64,000 nt of DNA from assembly GCA_043719155.1 (NCBI GenBank), contig JAYSUJ010000022.1, positions 10,448 through 74,447 of the forward strand, written 5' to 3'. Source of the stretch: a bacterium (lineage in GTDB: Bacteria; Patescibacteriota; Minisyncoccia; Phycocordibacterales; UBA5272). Under the pieces are notes generated by a model. That model searched no databases, had not been told where the DNA came from, and saw only the letters and a program-made list of their open reading frames with translations. A program made the position numbers and the translations under genes. Below are positions 10,307 through 21,722 of this stretch, in pieces; position 1 is the stretch's first letter, and each line of letters begins with the position of its first letter.

Positions 10307-10682
10307 TATAGTCGTTTATATACTCTTGCCCATAGTCAAAAGTAATTTCCTCTCCGGTGGTTATTTTTCTCTTAGCGGATATAAATATTCTTTCTTCACC
10401 TTCCATTATACTTTCTGCATTTGGGGCGCAGCTATGATTAAAATATCTAGCCACGTTGTATTGAGGAGAACCGTCCAGTGACCACTTCTCATCTATTTCA
10501 AATATATATCTATTTGGATTTTCATTGGCTTCTTCGTTGGTAATTTTCTTTCCGATATACTGCATTATCTTTGCACCTCTTTTAATTGTTTCTAATGCAA
10601 ATATCCCCCTACCAGAAAAGCTTGTCTTTACTATGGTTTTTGGGTATTTTTTAATTTTGTCTGTTTCTATAGCTTTTTTCAT
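10260..10682 (-). CDS. SET-domain protein lysine methyltransferase
   Basis: GRGIFA, RYFNHSCAPN, GEEITFDYG, post-SET CRCAQC. Confidence 0.93.
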   Translation of the reverse strand: MKKAIETDKIKKYPKTIVKTSFSGRGIFALETIKRGAKIMQYIGKKITNEEANENPNRYIFEIDEKWSLDGSPQYNVARYFNHSCAPNAESIMEGEERIFISAKRKITTGEEITFDYGQEYINDYIKKSGCRCAQCKKVS

Positions 10683-10773
10683 AAATATGTGGTATTATAA
10701 CACATAAGCGTATATATTGTGTTTTTAGAAAACAAAGTGTGACGCCGTTAACAAAAGTAATAAAAGTATTTAA

Positions 10774-11199
10774 ATGAAAACAAACAAAGTATTCGTTGCA
10801 GGTATCGCTTATCGCGACCTTGACGGAAATCCATTAACAGGAAGACATGGTGACCAAAAACTTGCAGACCTTTTTGGAAGAGCTGGTAAAATAGCTATGA
10901 AGAAATTGGCAAGAAGAGATGGTACTGAAGTTGAGGTTGTAGCAGCAAACATTGCTGTAGACCGAGACACAAAATTATCTCGTGGGTTCGGATTCGTAGA
11001 ATTTGAAACAGTTGAGGCTGCTGAAAAGGCAATCGAAATGTTCAACGGCTTCGAATTTGAAGGCCGTGTTATAACTGTACGTTTCTCAGAACCTCGTCCA
11101 GAAGGAGATGCAAGACCTGCACGTTCTTCAGGAGGTTACGATAGAGATGGCGGAAATGGTGGTGGTAACGGTGGTTACTCTCGTGACCGAAGAAATTAA
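10774..11199 (+). CDS. RRM RNA-binding protein with Gly-rich tail
   Basis: RNP2 VFVAGI, RNP1 RGFGFVEF, GGY/GGN tail. Confidence 0.92.
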   Translation: MKTNKVFVAGIAYRDLDGNPLTGRHGDQKLADLFGRAGKIAMKKLARRDGTEVEVVAANIAVDRDTKLSRGFGFVEFETVEAAEKAIEMFNGFEFEGRVITVRFSEPRPEGDARPARSSGGYDRDGGNGGGNGGYSRDRRN

Positions 11200-11209
11200 T
11201 TTCTAAAGT

Positions 11210-11245
11210 AAAAAGCACTTAAGTCGAAAGACTTAGGTGCTTTTT
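11210..11245. terminator. Bidirectional terminator between RRM gene and atpC
   Basis: AAAAAGCACTTAAGTC-GAAA-GACTTAGGTGCTTTTT. Confidence 0.88.
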
Positions 11246-11272
11246 ATTTGCTGTAATTTCTCTTTGATTATT

Positions 11273-11692
11273 TTACTTCTTTCTTAAATTTTTAAAATAG
11301 GCACCTCTTTCTGTCTCACTTTCAAAAGTTTCTAGGTCAAATTCGCTATTGTTTTCTTTATTAGCTAATTTTGCCCTCTCTAAACTTTCTTCAAAAGTTT
11401 TTAAATCTGCGTTTTCAGTAACAAGTACCTGATCTGCTAAGATCACTACCTCTAAAATTTCCTCTTTTGAGCTTTGTTTTACGTCTATCACCCCACCTTG
11501 CACCAAAAACCTTTCTTCACTTTTGTTCTCTTTTCTGACAACAATCTCACCAATGGAGACCACTGTTACAAGCGGTGCATGGTTTCTGAGTACAGTAATT
11601 TCTCCTGCTTGAGTCGGTACTGTAAAAGAGGCAACTTCACCACTAAAAAGCTTTGTGTCAGGGGTTAAAATTTTGAGTTTAAATGTGTGCAT
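11273..11692 (-). CDS. atpC: ATP synthase epsilon subunit
   Basis: LKILTPD, GEITVLRNHAPL; follows atpD. Confidence 0.92.
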   Translation of the reverse strand: MHTFKLKILTPDTKLFSGEVASFTVPTQAGEITVLRNHAPLVTVVSIGEIVVRKENKSEERFLVQGGVIDVKQSSKEEILEVVILADQVLVTENADLKTFEESLERAKLANKENNSEFDLETFESETERGAYFKNLRKK

Positions 11693-11693
11693 T

Positions 11694-13103
<1,410 letters not shown>

Positions 13104-13207
13104 TTAATTATAGCATTTTTTTATTTTATTCTAAAGTTTTTTATATAGACAGAGTTATTTATTTGTGTTATTATATATTTAGTGTCAACAGTGGAAAGGA
13201 TGATTTT

Positions 13208-13423
13208 ATGCTGAGTATTACCATGACACGGAAGGCAAAGTTCCTTCGCAATATGCTTATTGTTATCTTGATAACCACCTTAGGTCTAGCGGAGCTGCAA
13301 GGCAACGCAGGACTTAGCTCTATCCAGTGGATAGGGGTTGTAGTTGGAAAGTGGGCGGGTTACCTGCTCACTATCTACACAGGTTGGAAACTCTTGCTGG
13401 CAATGTTTGCGAAGGGAAAGTGA
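13208..13423 (+). CDS. Cassette C: 71-aa 2-TM orphan protein inside the atp operon
   Basis: Promoter TAGACA-17-TATTAT (13146-13174), SD GGAAAGGA, terminator CCGCTGGT..GATCAGCGG-T7 (13443-13473). Confidence 0.72.
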   Translation: MLSITMTRKAKFLRNMLIVILITTLGLAELQGNAGLSSIQWIGVVVGKWAGYLLTIYTGWKLLLAMFAKGK

Positions 13424-13471
13424 GCTGTTAAATTGGCTTGCGCCGCTGGTTTCCCAAGATCAGCGGTTTTT

Positions 13472-14362
13472 TTATGCATTTGCACCCGCTGAGATTTCGG
13501 CAATTTCTTGAGTAATGCCATCTTGGCGAACTTTGTTGTATTTAATCTTCAAAGCATGCAACATTTCCCCTGCACTTTCATTTGCTCTTTTCATAGCAAA
13601 GCTGCGACTTGAGTTTTCGGAGGCTCTACTTTCTAAAATAAAAGAATACATAATCATTTTGATAATTTTAGGAATTGTTTTATCTATTAAGGTTTCCAAG
13701 TTTGGCTCAAAAGTGTAAATTTGATTTGAATTTGTAGCTACACTTTGCAGACTATCACCCAAAGTGTCAGTATAAATATTTAAATTTGAATTGACTGGGT
13801 AGAGAGTAACCGCACGTGGTTCGAAAACACCCATCTTTACAAAGTTTGTATAAACAGCATGAATCTTAGACACTTCATTAGACAAAAAGAAATTTCTAAC
13901 AAAGTTCTCAACTTTGGAAACCTGAGTTGGCTGTAAAAGCTTTTCTATCTCAAGGTAAGACAGCTTGATTTCTAAATCCAGTTTTCTTGCAATTTTTTCT
14001 GCGAATTTACCAAAGCAAACAGCATATTTTAAGTTTGGATTTTCATCTTTCAATCGCTTTGTTTTTTTATAAATGTTTGTGTTGAAAGAACCACACAAAC
14101 CTTTATTTGAAGCAAATAAAATTACTAGTTCAGGAGAGCTATTTCCACCTTTTTGACCATCAAAGAAAATATGACTTTCTTTACTTTCTTTTTTTATTTT
14201 ACTTACAACAAACTTAATTTCCTTAATGTACTCAGATATGTCTGTCACCCCACTCACAGATTTTTTCATTTTAGAAACCGCCACCATTTCCATGGTTTTA
14301 GTTATCTTCTTGATAGAAGTTGTTGCTTTTATTTTTTGTTTTATTATTTTTGTATTTGCCAT
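13472..14362 (-). CDS. atpG: ATP synthase gamma subunit
   Basis: KITKTMEMVA, KGLCGSFN, RQDGITQEIAEI. Confidence 0.97.
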   Translation of the reverse strand: MANTKIIKQKIKATTSIKKITKTMEMVAVSKMKKSVSGVTDISEYIKEIKFVVSKIKKESKESHIFFDGQKGGNSSPELVILFASNKGLCGSFNTNIYKKTKRLKDENPNLKYAVCFGKFAEKIARKLDLEIKLSYLEIEKLLQPTQVSKVENFVRNFFLSNEVSKIHAVYTNFVKMGVFEPRAVTLYPVNSNLNIYTDTLGDSLQSVATNSNQIYTFEPNLETLIDKTIPKIIKMIMYSFILESRASENSSRSFAMKRANESAGEMLHALKIKYNKVRQDGITQEIAEISAGANA

Positions 14363-14388
14363 ATATTTAGTTCACAAAAACAATTGAA

Positions 14389-15897
14389 TTACAGAACAAT
14401 ATTGTTTAGCTCAGCAAAGCTTTTTAAAACCTCTTTCATCTTTGATATCTCGTCGTCTTTCCACTTTCCTGAATCTAGATCTTTTCCTAAATCTTTATAA
14501 TTTAAGTCAAAGTATTTATGCAGTTTATTTTCAACTTCTTTTACATTTTTAACATCTACATTTTTGAAAAATCCTTCGTTTAGCGCAAAGAAAGAAAGAA
14601 CTTGTAAAGCTACCGAAAGTGGCTCGCCATTGTTTTGCTTTAGTAATTCCACACTTCTTTTTCCATGCTCAATAGTTTTTTTAGTTTCGGGGTCTAGGTC
14701 AGAGTCAAATTGAGAGAAAGACTCTAACTCTCTATATTGAGCAAGTGAAAGTTTTATCTTTCCTGCATTTTTCTTCATCGGACTTGTTTGAGCCGAGCCA
14801 CCTACACGAGAAACTGAAAGACCAACGTCAATTGCTGGTCTTATACCTTTGTAAAACAAGTTTGAGTCCAAGAATATTTGTCCATCTGTAATAGAAATTA
14901 CGTTAGTTGGAATATAAGCAGAAACATCTCCTGCTTGTGTTTCTATAATAGGAAGTGCTGTTATAGACCCACCTCCTGCCTCTGTATTTCGACGACATGC
15001 CCTTTCTAAAAGTCTTGAATGAATATAAAAGACGTCACCAGGGTACGCTTCACGACCGGGTGGACGTTTCAAAAGTAGTGAAAGCTCACGGTACGCCACA
15101 GCATGCTTAGATAAATCATCGTAAACAATTAGTACATCCTTCCCTTGATCCATAAAATATTCACCGATTGCTACACCTGTGTATGGAGATAAATATGAAT
15201 AAGCTGGGCCTTGAGAGATCCCCGCTAAAACCACAACTGTGTAAGACATTGCCTCAGCTGCTTTTAGGTTTTCAACAACTTGGGCAATTTTAGATTCCTT
15301 TTGACCAATAGCAACATAAATACAAATTACATCTTTACCTTTTTGGTTTATGATCGTATCTATTGCAACTGTAGTTTTACCAGTTTGACGGTCACCAATG
15401 ATAAGCTCTCGCTGTCCACGACCTACTGGGATCATGCCGTCAATTGCTTTTACCCCAGTTTGCAGTGGTTGGGTTACTGGCTCACGCTTCATCACTCCTG
15501 GGGCAATTTTTTCGACAGGGTACATCTTGTCTTTTTTAATTTCCCCTAGCCCATCAATTTGCTCACCAATTGCGTTTACTACACGCCCTAAAATTTTGTC
15601 TGATACAGGTACCGAAAGCAATTCTTTGGTGCGTACAACCTCATCACCTTCAGAAATTTTAGCGAATGTGTCAAAAACTACTACCCCTGCGAAATCTTCT
15701 TCCAAGTTTAGTACTAAGCCTTTAACTTTATTTTTCCCGATTACAACAGTTTCCGAAGACATGACACCTTTCATGCCTGAAACTTTTAAAATACCGTCTT
15801 GTATAGATTCGACAGTTCCAATTTCACTTTCGACTGGTGAAAATTTAATTTCTCCAATTTTTATTTCTAAATCTTGTATTATTCTTTGTATTGACAT
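14389..15897 (-). CDS. atpA: ATP synthase alpha subunit
   Basis: [21 protein letters not shown]. Confidence 0.99.
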   Translation of the reverse strand: MSIQRIIQDLEIKIGEIKFSPVESEIGTVESIQDGILKVSGMKGVMSSETVVIGKNKVKGLVLNLEEDFAGVVVFDTFAKISEGDEVVRTKELLSVPVSDKILGRVVNAIGEQIDGLGEIKKDKMYPVEKIAPGVMKREPVTQPLQTGVKAIDGMIPVGRGQRELIIGDRQTGKTTVAIDTIINQKGKDVICIYVAIGQKESKIAQVVENLKAAEAMSYTVVVLAGISQGPAYSYLSPYTGVAIGEYFMDQGKDVLIVYDDLSKHAVAYRELSLLLKRPPGREAYPGDVFYIHSRLLERACRRNTEAGGGSITALPIIETQAGDVSAYIPTNVISITDGQIFLDSNLFYKGIRPAIDVGLSVSRVGGSAQTSPMKKNAGKIKLSLAQYRELESFSQFDSDLDPETKKTIEHGKRSVELLKQNNGEPLSVALQVLSFFALNEGFFKNVDVKNVKEVENKLHKYFDLNYKDLGKDLDSGKWKDDEISKMKEVLKSFAELNNIVL

Positions 15898-15907
15898 AGG
15901 TTTTTTT

Positions 15908-16291
15908 CTAATTTGCTAATAATTCCTCTAAACCTTTTTGTAACATAGTCTCTAGACTTGCGTCTATCATTCTGTCACGAGTTTTTATCTTTGCACCGGC
16001 CGACATATCTCTATCAATAATTATTTTAGCACTGCTCAAGTCTAAATTTACAGCACTTGAAACTTTTTTTAAAGCCTCTTCAGACAACTCCGTTTGCACA
16101 AATATTTTTGTCAATTTGTAGTCAGTTTCTTTAAGACTTTTTCTTTTTAGAATTTCTAGAATCTTTGGCAAAAGATTTGTCACTTCGTTTCTTTTAAATA
16201 TACCTAAAACTAAATCATGCTTACCATTTTCAAGCAAGTTTTCAATTAGATTTGCAATATTTTTAGAATTAAAGAGTTTTCTATTTGCCAT
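15908..16291 (-). CDS. atpH: ATP synthase delta subunit (short)
   Basis: Position between atpF and atpA; C-terminal IDASL motif. Confidence 0.75.
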   Translation of the reverse strand: MANRKLFNSKNIANLIENLLENGKHDLVLGIFKRNEVTNLLPKILEILKRKSLKETDYKLTKIFVQTELSEEALKKVSSAVNLDLSSAKIIIDRDMSAGAKIKTRDRMIDASLETMLQKGLEELLAN

Positions 16292-16793
16292 ATTTTTCAC
16301 TAAATACAGTGCTTACAAATTCACTATTGTTATCTCCATTTATTTTGGAGTTAAAAGATTTTAAAGATATTTGGGTAAGTATTTTAGAAATATCTTTACT
16401 CAAAATATTTTCTGCATCTTTTAGTCCAGCAGCTTTTGACAAATCTTTTTGCAAATTAGCTGCTTGCATTATCTCACTAGCCTTTTGTGAAGACTCCGTT
16501 AGAATATTTTTCGCATTCATTTCAGTTTTAGTAATCAATTCGCTTGCCTTTTGATTGGCTGCTTTGTTAATTTCTTTTCCTTCTAAATTAGCCAGCTCAA
16601 CTATTTTGTCTGCTTCGTTTCGCATTCTTAAACCTTCTTGAATTTTAGCTGTTCTTTCTGAGATGGTTTTCTTGATTGAAGGTAAAGCAAATTTTACTAG
16701 CAACACAAAAATAAGCAATAGGTTTATAAAGTGTGTTAGTGCCAAACGCCAATCAAAGCCAATTTTCGTGGCTATATCTGTTAATATTTCCAT
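16281..16793 (-). CDS. atpF: ATP synthase b subunit
   Basis: GFDW..INLL TM followed by coiled coil. Confidence 0.9.
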   Translation of the reverse strand: MEILTDIATKIGFDWRLALTHFINLLLIFVLLVKFALPSIKKTISERTAKIQEGLRMRNEADKIVELANLEGKEINKAANQKASELITKTEMNAKNILTESSQKASEIMQAANLQKDLSKAAGLKDAENILSKDISKILTQISLKSFNSKINGDNNSEFVSTVFSEKYGK

Positions 16794-16802
16794 GTAGGAA
16801 AA

Positions 16803-17018
16803 TTACATTATAAAGTAACCAACGAATGCCAAGATCGCAATAGACTCGATAAGTGCAGCCCCGATAAGCATTTTAGTAAAAATGTCACCTGATGCCTCTG
16901 GGTTTCTACCCATTGCTTCTAACGCTTTTGCCATCATAATTCCTTGCCCGATACCAACTCCCAATAGTGGTAACAACGCTATACCTTTTGCCAACATTTT
17001 TGCCGCTTCTATTTCCAT
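16803..17018 (-). CDS. atpE: ATP synthase c subunit
   Basis: GVGIGQG, RNPE loop, conserved Glu in ALIES. Confidence 0.96.
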   Translation of the reverse strand: MEIEAAKMLAKGIALLPLLGVGIGQGIMMAKALEAMGRNPEASGDIFTKMLIGAALIESIAILAFVGYFIM

Positions 17019-17154
17019 ATATTATTTATATTATTTTGTAATTTAGCACTAATTATTGATAAATTGATATTAAAACAATTTATCAATCTATTTTAACATT
17101 TTTTACTAGAAAAGTTTATATTTACAAGTTGCAAATTTACTGTTGAAATTGTGA

Positions 17155-18027
17155 CTAAACACCACAACTGTTCGTAACCTCTAGAAACTTTTCAATATCC
17201 CCGTCTTTTATTCCTCTAAAAAAATCCGTCATGTTGTTGTCAAAACCAATGTCATTTACATAGTGTAACTCCGCAAAGACTATATGCTCCTTTGTTAGTG
17301 CTTCGTCGCCGGAAAAACCAAAGTAGTTTTTAATCTGAGAAATTCTCTCCATTATTTCATTTGGCCTTTGCATGTATTCTCTGTCTTCTAAATTTTCAAT
17401 GAACATAAAGTTCAAGCCTTGATTAAAATATAAGCCTGCTAGACTGAAATCCAATTTTCTTAGCATGTGACCTTTTTCATGTGCAACTGCAACATTCATT
17501 GCTTTTAGAGGATATACCTTAGCATTTAATTTTTTCCCCCAATTTGGAACAACTCCTTTTTCCATTGTAGATTCCAGAACACTTTTTTTTGAAAGGTCAA
17601 CTTTTGTGTATGTATTGGATATCTCAATTTGTAGATCCAAGATTCTACTTAGCAGCTCTTTACTGTATGGAGTTTTATTGTAAAATGCAGCAGAAGACTC
17701 ATTGATAGCCTCATTCACCATGTCTCTCAATTCTTTGGGTATACTTACATCTACAGGGTTTTGCACATCCTGAAGAAAAGTATGGAAAAACGGTGTTCTG
17801 ATTAAGGTATACATGCCATCTGCAAATTCTCCGGGATTGTTCATTTGCGAATTTAAAAGCAGGTTCAAAAACTTTTCTCTCACTTTCAAATTTCGCAAAC
17901 GTGAATACATAAGTTCGCAGTCATTACATTCTAAATTTGGCTTTAGAGTTTCCGAATATTCACCACCTAAAGGTGATTTAAGTTTTTTAACTACTTTGTG
18001 TTCTGACTTTTGACTCGGAAATAACAT
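17155..18027 (-). CDS. Hypothetical HExxH protein (putative zinc metallopeptidase)
   Basis: AVAHEKGH motif and downstream YMQRPNEIMER. Confidence 0.6.
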   Translation of the reverse strand: MLFPSQKSEHKVVKKLKSPLGGEYSETLKPNLECNDCELMYSRLRNLKVREKFLNLLLNSQMNNPGEFADGMYTLIRTPFFHTFLQDVQNPVDVSIPKELRDMVNEAINESSAAFYNKTPYSKELLSRILDLQIEISNTYTKVDLSKKSVLESTMEKGVVPNWGKKLNAKVYPLKAMNVAVAHEKGHMLRKLDFSLAGLYFNQGLNFMFIENLEDREYMQRPNEIMERISQIKNYFGFSGDEALTKEHIVFAELHYVNDIGFDNNMTDFFRGIKDGDIEKFLEVTNSCGV

Positions 18028-18033
18028 TTCATT

Positions 18034-18888
18034 TTAATGTCCCTCTTGTCCCACTTCTTTGACAACTAAAACATAGTATACAGCTGTCAGACAACCTATA
18101 ACTACCGTTTGTATTATTGCCACCATAAAGTCAAAACCTAGCCAAACAGCAGGAAGAGCTATAGCAAAAATACCAGTTAAAATAGCTAGTAAAATTTCCC
18201 CGGCAAACATGTTACCGAAAAGACGCAGTGAAAGCGAGATTATCTTTACAAATTCTGAGATAAGTTCTAGTAAGCCAACAAATAACTCTATCAAACCCAT
18301 AAAAAAACCACCTACTCCCTGCTTAGCACCATTCCAAACCAAATGTAGTGGCACAAACCTTTTAAAATACCCAAAGAAACCCCAGTTTTTAACCCCGAAA
18401 AACTGCATGGATAAAACAATGGTTAAAGCAAGAGGAAAAGTTACATTTATGTCACTAGTAGCCTTTCTAAAAAAAGGAACAATCTGCCCACCTTCTAACC
18501 AGGTGAACTGAGAAATTATAGGGAAAGACCCGATTATGTTTATGCTGCCTACTATTAGGAAAATTGCAGCTATTGGGAAAAGGAGTTGAACATTTCTGTG
18601 GGCTTTGCCCCCAGTTAATGAGTCAACAAGTGATTCAATACTAGTCAAGATCATTTCAACTAAACTTTGAAAGAAAGATGGTACCTCTTTAAATTTTTTT
18701 ACAGTTAAATAAAAAAGTATAAACAGTACTGTGATAAAAAAAAGAAAAGTGGTCGAATTTGAAATCGGCCAACTTCCAACATGTCCAAGAGTATCTGCCT
18801 TTACCCCTGGCATATGTGGGTGAGGAAAGAGTAGCTTTTGGGTTTCTGTCTGCTCAAGCTCAGGTTTTGCAACTTGTGTGTGTTCCAT
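18034..18888 (-). CDS. atpB: ATP synthase a subunit
   Basis: SLSLRLFGNMFAGE with essential Arg. Confidence 0.97.
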   Translation of the reverse strand: MEHTQVAKPELEQTETQKLLFPHPHMPGVKADTLGHVGSWPISNSTTFLFFITVLFILFYLTVKKFKEVPSFFQSLVEMILTSIESLVDSLTGGKAHRNVQLLFPIAAIFLIVGSINIIGSFPIISQFTWLEGGQIVPFFRKATSDINVTFPLALTIVLSMQFFGVKNWGFFGYFKRFVPLHLVWNGAKQGVGGFFMGLIELFVGLLELISEFVKIISLSLRLFGNMFAGEILLAILTGIFAIALPAVWLGFDFMVAIIQTVVIGCLTAVYYVLVVKEVGQEGH

Positions 18889-18954
18889 AATTAATTTAAT
18901 TATACCATTTATTTTACAAAAATATACCTTGAAAAGTAGTGAGTTTATGTTGTC

Positions 18955-19638
18955 TTATTTTATCCCCAACTCTTTAAAGACTTCTTCGTAATTTGAAAGA
19001 GCAGCCTCTGCCTCAGCTTGTGTTAAGTCATATTTTACGCCAACGCGGACAATTCTTGTGCGAAGCTTATGTGCCTCCAAAGCTTCACGAACTTTTGTAA
19101 AACCCTTTTCGTAGGCGTCTGACAACATCTCTACAATTCCAGCACCTGTATAATTGTTTTCAATTAATAAGTTTTTTAAAACTGTGTCGAGTTCTATGAT
19201 ACCGATCTTCCATTCCTCCGGGAATCTGGAAGCTATATGGGCTTTACTTTTTTCAAATTTAAAAACATTGTGGGATATTTTAGCCAACTCGTCCTCCTTT
19301 GAGGGTACATACATTTTAGAAAATCTGTGATGTATATCGTGTACATGGTGGTCAAACTTATGTTTAAAATTAAAAAATTTGTAGATTAAAAATATAGCAT
19401 AAAGTACAAAGAATATTTCGAGTGCATTTAGAAAATAAATAAAGTTGATTGCAGTTTCACGATTTAAAAAAACGAGGAAAAAAGAAAGTATTAGTGTACC
19501 ACCTACAGTTATAATTGCCTTTAGAGCATCGACAAAAGGTTTAAATATACTTGGATGTCCATGGTCATCTTTTTTGACTTCTTTTGGAGCCTCTTTTTTT
19601 GCGTCTGCTGGTCCAGCTGGTTTTGGTGCGTCTGCCAT
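18955..19638 (-). CDS. Hypothetical membrane protein with soluble C-terminal domain
   Basis: Two TM segments; WKIGIIELD...AHKLR pattern; leaderless start. Confidence 0.7.
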   Translation of the reverse strand: MADAPKPAGPADAKKEAPKEVKKDDHGHPSIFKPFVDALKAIITVGGTLILSFFLVFLNRETAINFIYFLNALEIFFVLYAIFLIYKFFNFKHKFDHHVHDIHHRFSKMYVPSKEDELAKISHNVFKFEKSKAHIASRFPEEWKIGIIELDTVLKNLLIENNYTGAGIVEMLSDAYEKGFTKVREALEAHKLRTRIVRVGVKYDLTQAEAEAALSNYEEVFKELGIK

Positions 19639-19740
19639 GCAAAAAAGTATAGCAAACTAATTTTTTTAATTAATATTGACCCAACTTTAATTGTGTGTTA
19701 ATCTATGGATAAGTAGTAAACTCTGTACGGAGAAAAACCC

Positions 19741-19890
19741 ATGGATGCACTTCTACTTGCACTAACTCTGGCCTTTGCTGGTGCCACAGGATTTTTTTTC
19801 CTTGAGCATAGCAGCGAATGGAAGATGCTTGTTAGTGGCACCATGATGCTGGTCTCACTCCATCTATTCCTCAAGAGGACAAAGGTGTGA
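19741..19890 (+). CDS. Cassette D: 49-aa 2-TM orphan protein (not in ORF track)
   Basis: MDALLLALTLAFAGATGFFFLEHSSEWKMLVSGTMMLVSLHLFLKRTKV; TTGACC-17-TAATCT (19676-19704), SD GGAG, terminator 19918-19947. Confidence 0.7.
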   Translation: MDALLLALTLAFAGATGFFFLEHSSEWKMLVSGTMMLVSLHLFLKRTKV

Positions 19891-19951
19891 GAGACTCAGC
19901 AAAAATGGGCTTGAAGCAAAAGAGCCTGTTAAAACGCAGGCTCTTTTTATA

Positions 19952-21403
19952 TTATTTCTTTTCAAACTCCTTTATAAAAGTAAATAAATTTTCTTCACAA
20001 CATTTGTTAGTAACTATCTGCAAAGACATTGGTAGTTTCTGAGAATCTAAAGCCGTAGGAATTGAAATAGCCGGTAAACCTGCTAAGTTTGCAGGAACCG
20101 TAAAAATGTCTTCTAAATATAAAGTAAGTGGGTCTTTAATCTCACCTGATTTAAATGCAGTAGTTGGTGCTGTTGGCATTAGGAATACACTTGCTTTTGT
20201 AAAAACTTTATCAAACTCTTCTTTCATGGCTATTCTGATAGCTAAAGATTTCCCATAAAAAGCATCATAATAGCCATGCGACAAAACATATGAACCTATC
20301 ATAATCCTTCTTTTAACTTCGGGACCAAAAAATTGACCTCTGTTTTTTGAAAATAAGTCTCCGTAATTTTTCACATCCCCCACTTGACCTCCACCAAACC
20401 TCAAACCATCCATGCGACTCAAATTACTAGATACTTCAGCAGTGTTTATTATGTAATAAATTGATAGAGCATATTCTAAAGTTTGAAGCTCCTCTTTTTC
20501 TATTGGCAAAACTTCATAACCAAGAGACTTTATTTTTTCAATAGATTTATAAAAGTCAGTTTTTACTTCTGCATTCAAACCCTCGCTTTCTAAATAGGCT
20601 TTTGGATAGGCAACTGTTTTTTTATAGAGATTATTTGTTTCTAACTTTGACATCACCTCTTTTGGAATCGTAGTGTTGTCTAACACGTCTTCACCTTTTA
20701 CCAAATTCATAACCAGCTCTACATCACTTGCAGTATTTGCAAAGATACCTATAGTATCGAGTGAAGATGCGGCCGCAATAAGGCCACTTCTGGAAAAGCC
20801 CCCATACGAAGGTTTAAAACCATATAGTCCACAAAATGAAGCAGGTTGTCGTACAGAGCCTCCTGTATCTGAACCCAAGGCAACCAAACACATGCCCGAA
20901 GCCAATGCTGCTGCAGAGCCTGAAGAAGACCCGCCAGGCACTCGTGAGGTATCTATTGGGTTTAAAGTTTTGCCATAGGATGAGTTTTCACCGCTGCCAC
21001 CCAGGGCAAACTCGTCCATATTTGTACGACCTAAAATGATTCCACCGGCATTTTTGATTTTCTCAATCACAGTTGCGTCATAGGTTGCAATGTAGTCTTT
21101 CAACATTTGGGAGCCAGCAGAAGCAACTCTGCCCTTTACTAAAATACAGTCTTTAACTAAAAAAGGAATGCCTTCTAACTCTCTGGCTGTTCTATTTAAA
21201 TAGTTTTGTGTTGCAACTTTTGCTTGTTCTAAAACATCTGGTCCTCCGGCTGCGTCTTTATCTGTAAATACCTCTAAAACTGCATTCAGTTCAGGGTTTC
21301 TATCAGAAATTATTTTTAAATAATGTTCGACAAGCTGAGTTGGTGTTAACTCTTTTTTCTTAAACATTTCTTTGGCCTCTAAAATACTTTTAGGGATTTG
21401 CAT
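19952..21403 (-). CDS. gatA: Glu/Asp-tRNA amidotransferase subunit A
   Basis: GGSSSGSAAA, GSDTGGSVRQPAS amidase signature. Confidence 0.97.
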   Translation of the reverse strand: MQIPKSILEAKEMFKKKELTPTQLVEHYLKIISDRNPELNAVLEVFTDKDAAGGPDVLEQAKVATQNYLNRTARELEGIPFLVKDCILVKGRVASAGSQMLKDYIATYDATVIEKIKNAGGIILGRTNMDEFALGGSGENSSYGKTLNPIDTSRVPGGSSSGSAAALASGMCLVALGSDTGGSVRQPASFCGLYGFKPSYGGFSRSGLIAAASSLDTIGIFANTASDVELVMNLVKGEDVLDNTTIPKEVMSKLETNNLYKKTVAYPKAYLESEGLNAEVKTDFYKSIEKIKSLGYEVLPIEKEELQTLEYALSIYYIINTAEVSSNLSRMDGLRFGGGQVGDVKNYGDLFSKNRGQFFGPEVKRRIMIGSYVLSHGYYDAFYGKSLAIRIAMKEEFDKVFTKASVFLMPTAPTTAFKSGEIKDPLTLYLEDIFTVPANLAGLPAISIPTALDSQKLPMSLQIVTNKCCEENLFTFIKEFEKK

Positions 21404-21407
21404 AAAA

Positions 21408-21722
21408 TTATTTAGATTTATTTATAACTTTTGCAACTTTGACATAGTTGTCTGTAGACTTGTTGGGTATATTTTTTAAAATTAATTCCTTTTTAAAATC
21501 TCGTGACTCTCCATCTTTTCTGGTGTTATTGTAAAACAGTAAATCTGAACTACGTGCCACATCTGAAGCAGATGAAAAATTATTGACCATAGACAAATGT
21601 CCTAAAATATTGTTTATATCTTTTAAATACTGTTCATTTTCGGCAATAGTTATTTCTATTTTAGCTAAATCTGCAAGCTTTTTAACGTCCTCTTCTTTTA
21701 ACTGGGCTTTTTGTGTAGTCAT
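21408..21722 (-). CDS. gatC: Glu/Asp-tRNA amidotransferase subunit C
   Basis: VKKLADLAKIE...YVKV; upstream of gatA; start MTTQK with TGgTATAAT-6-ATG. Confidence 0.85.
   Translation of the reverse strand: MTTQKAQLKEEDVKKLADLAKIEITIAENEQYLKDINNILGHLSMVNNFSSASDVARSSDLLFYNNTRKDGESRDFKKELILKNIPNKSTDNYVKVAKVINKSK

Noticed and set aside
17959-17982. Fourth in-frame REP-like element (SPLGG) in the HExxH gene
   Set aside because: The palindrome is short and imperfect and lacks the third purine arm.
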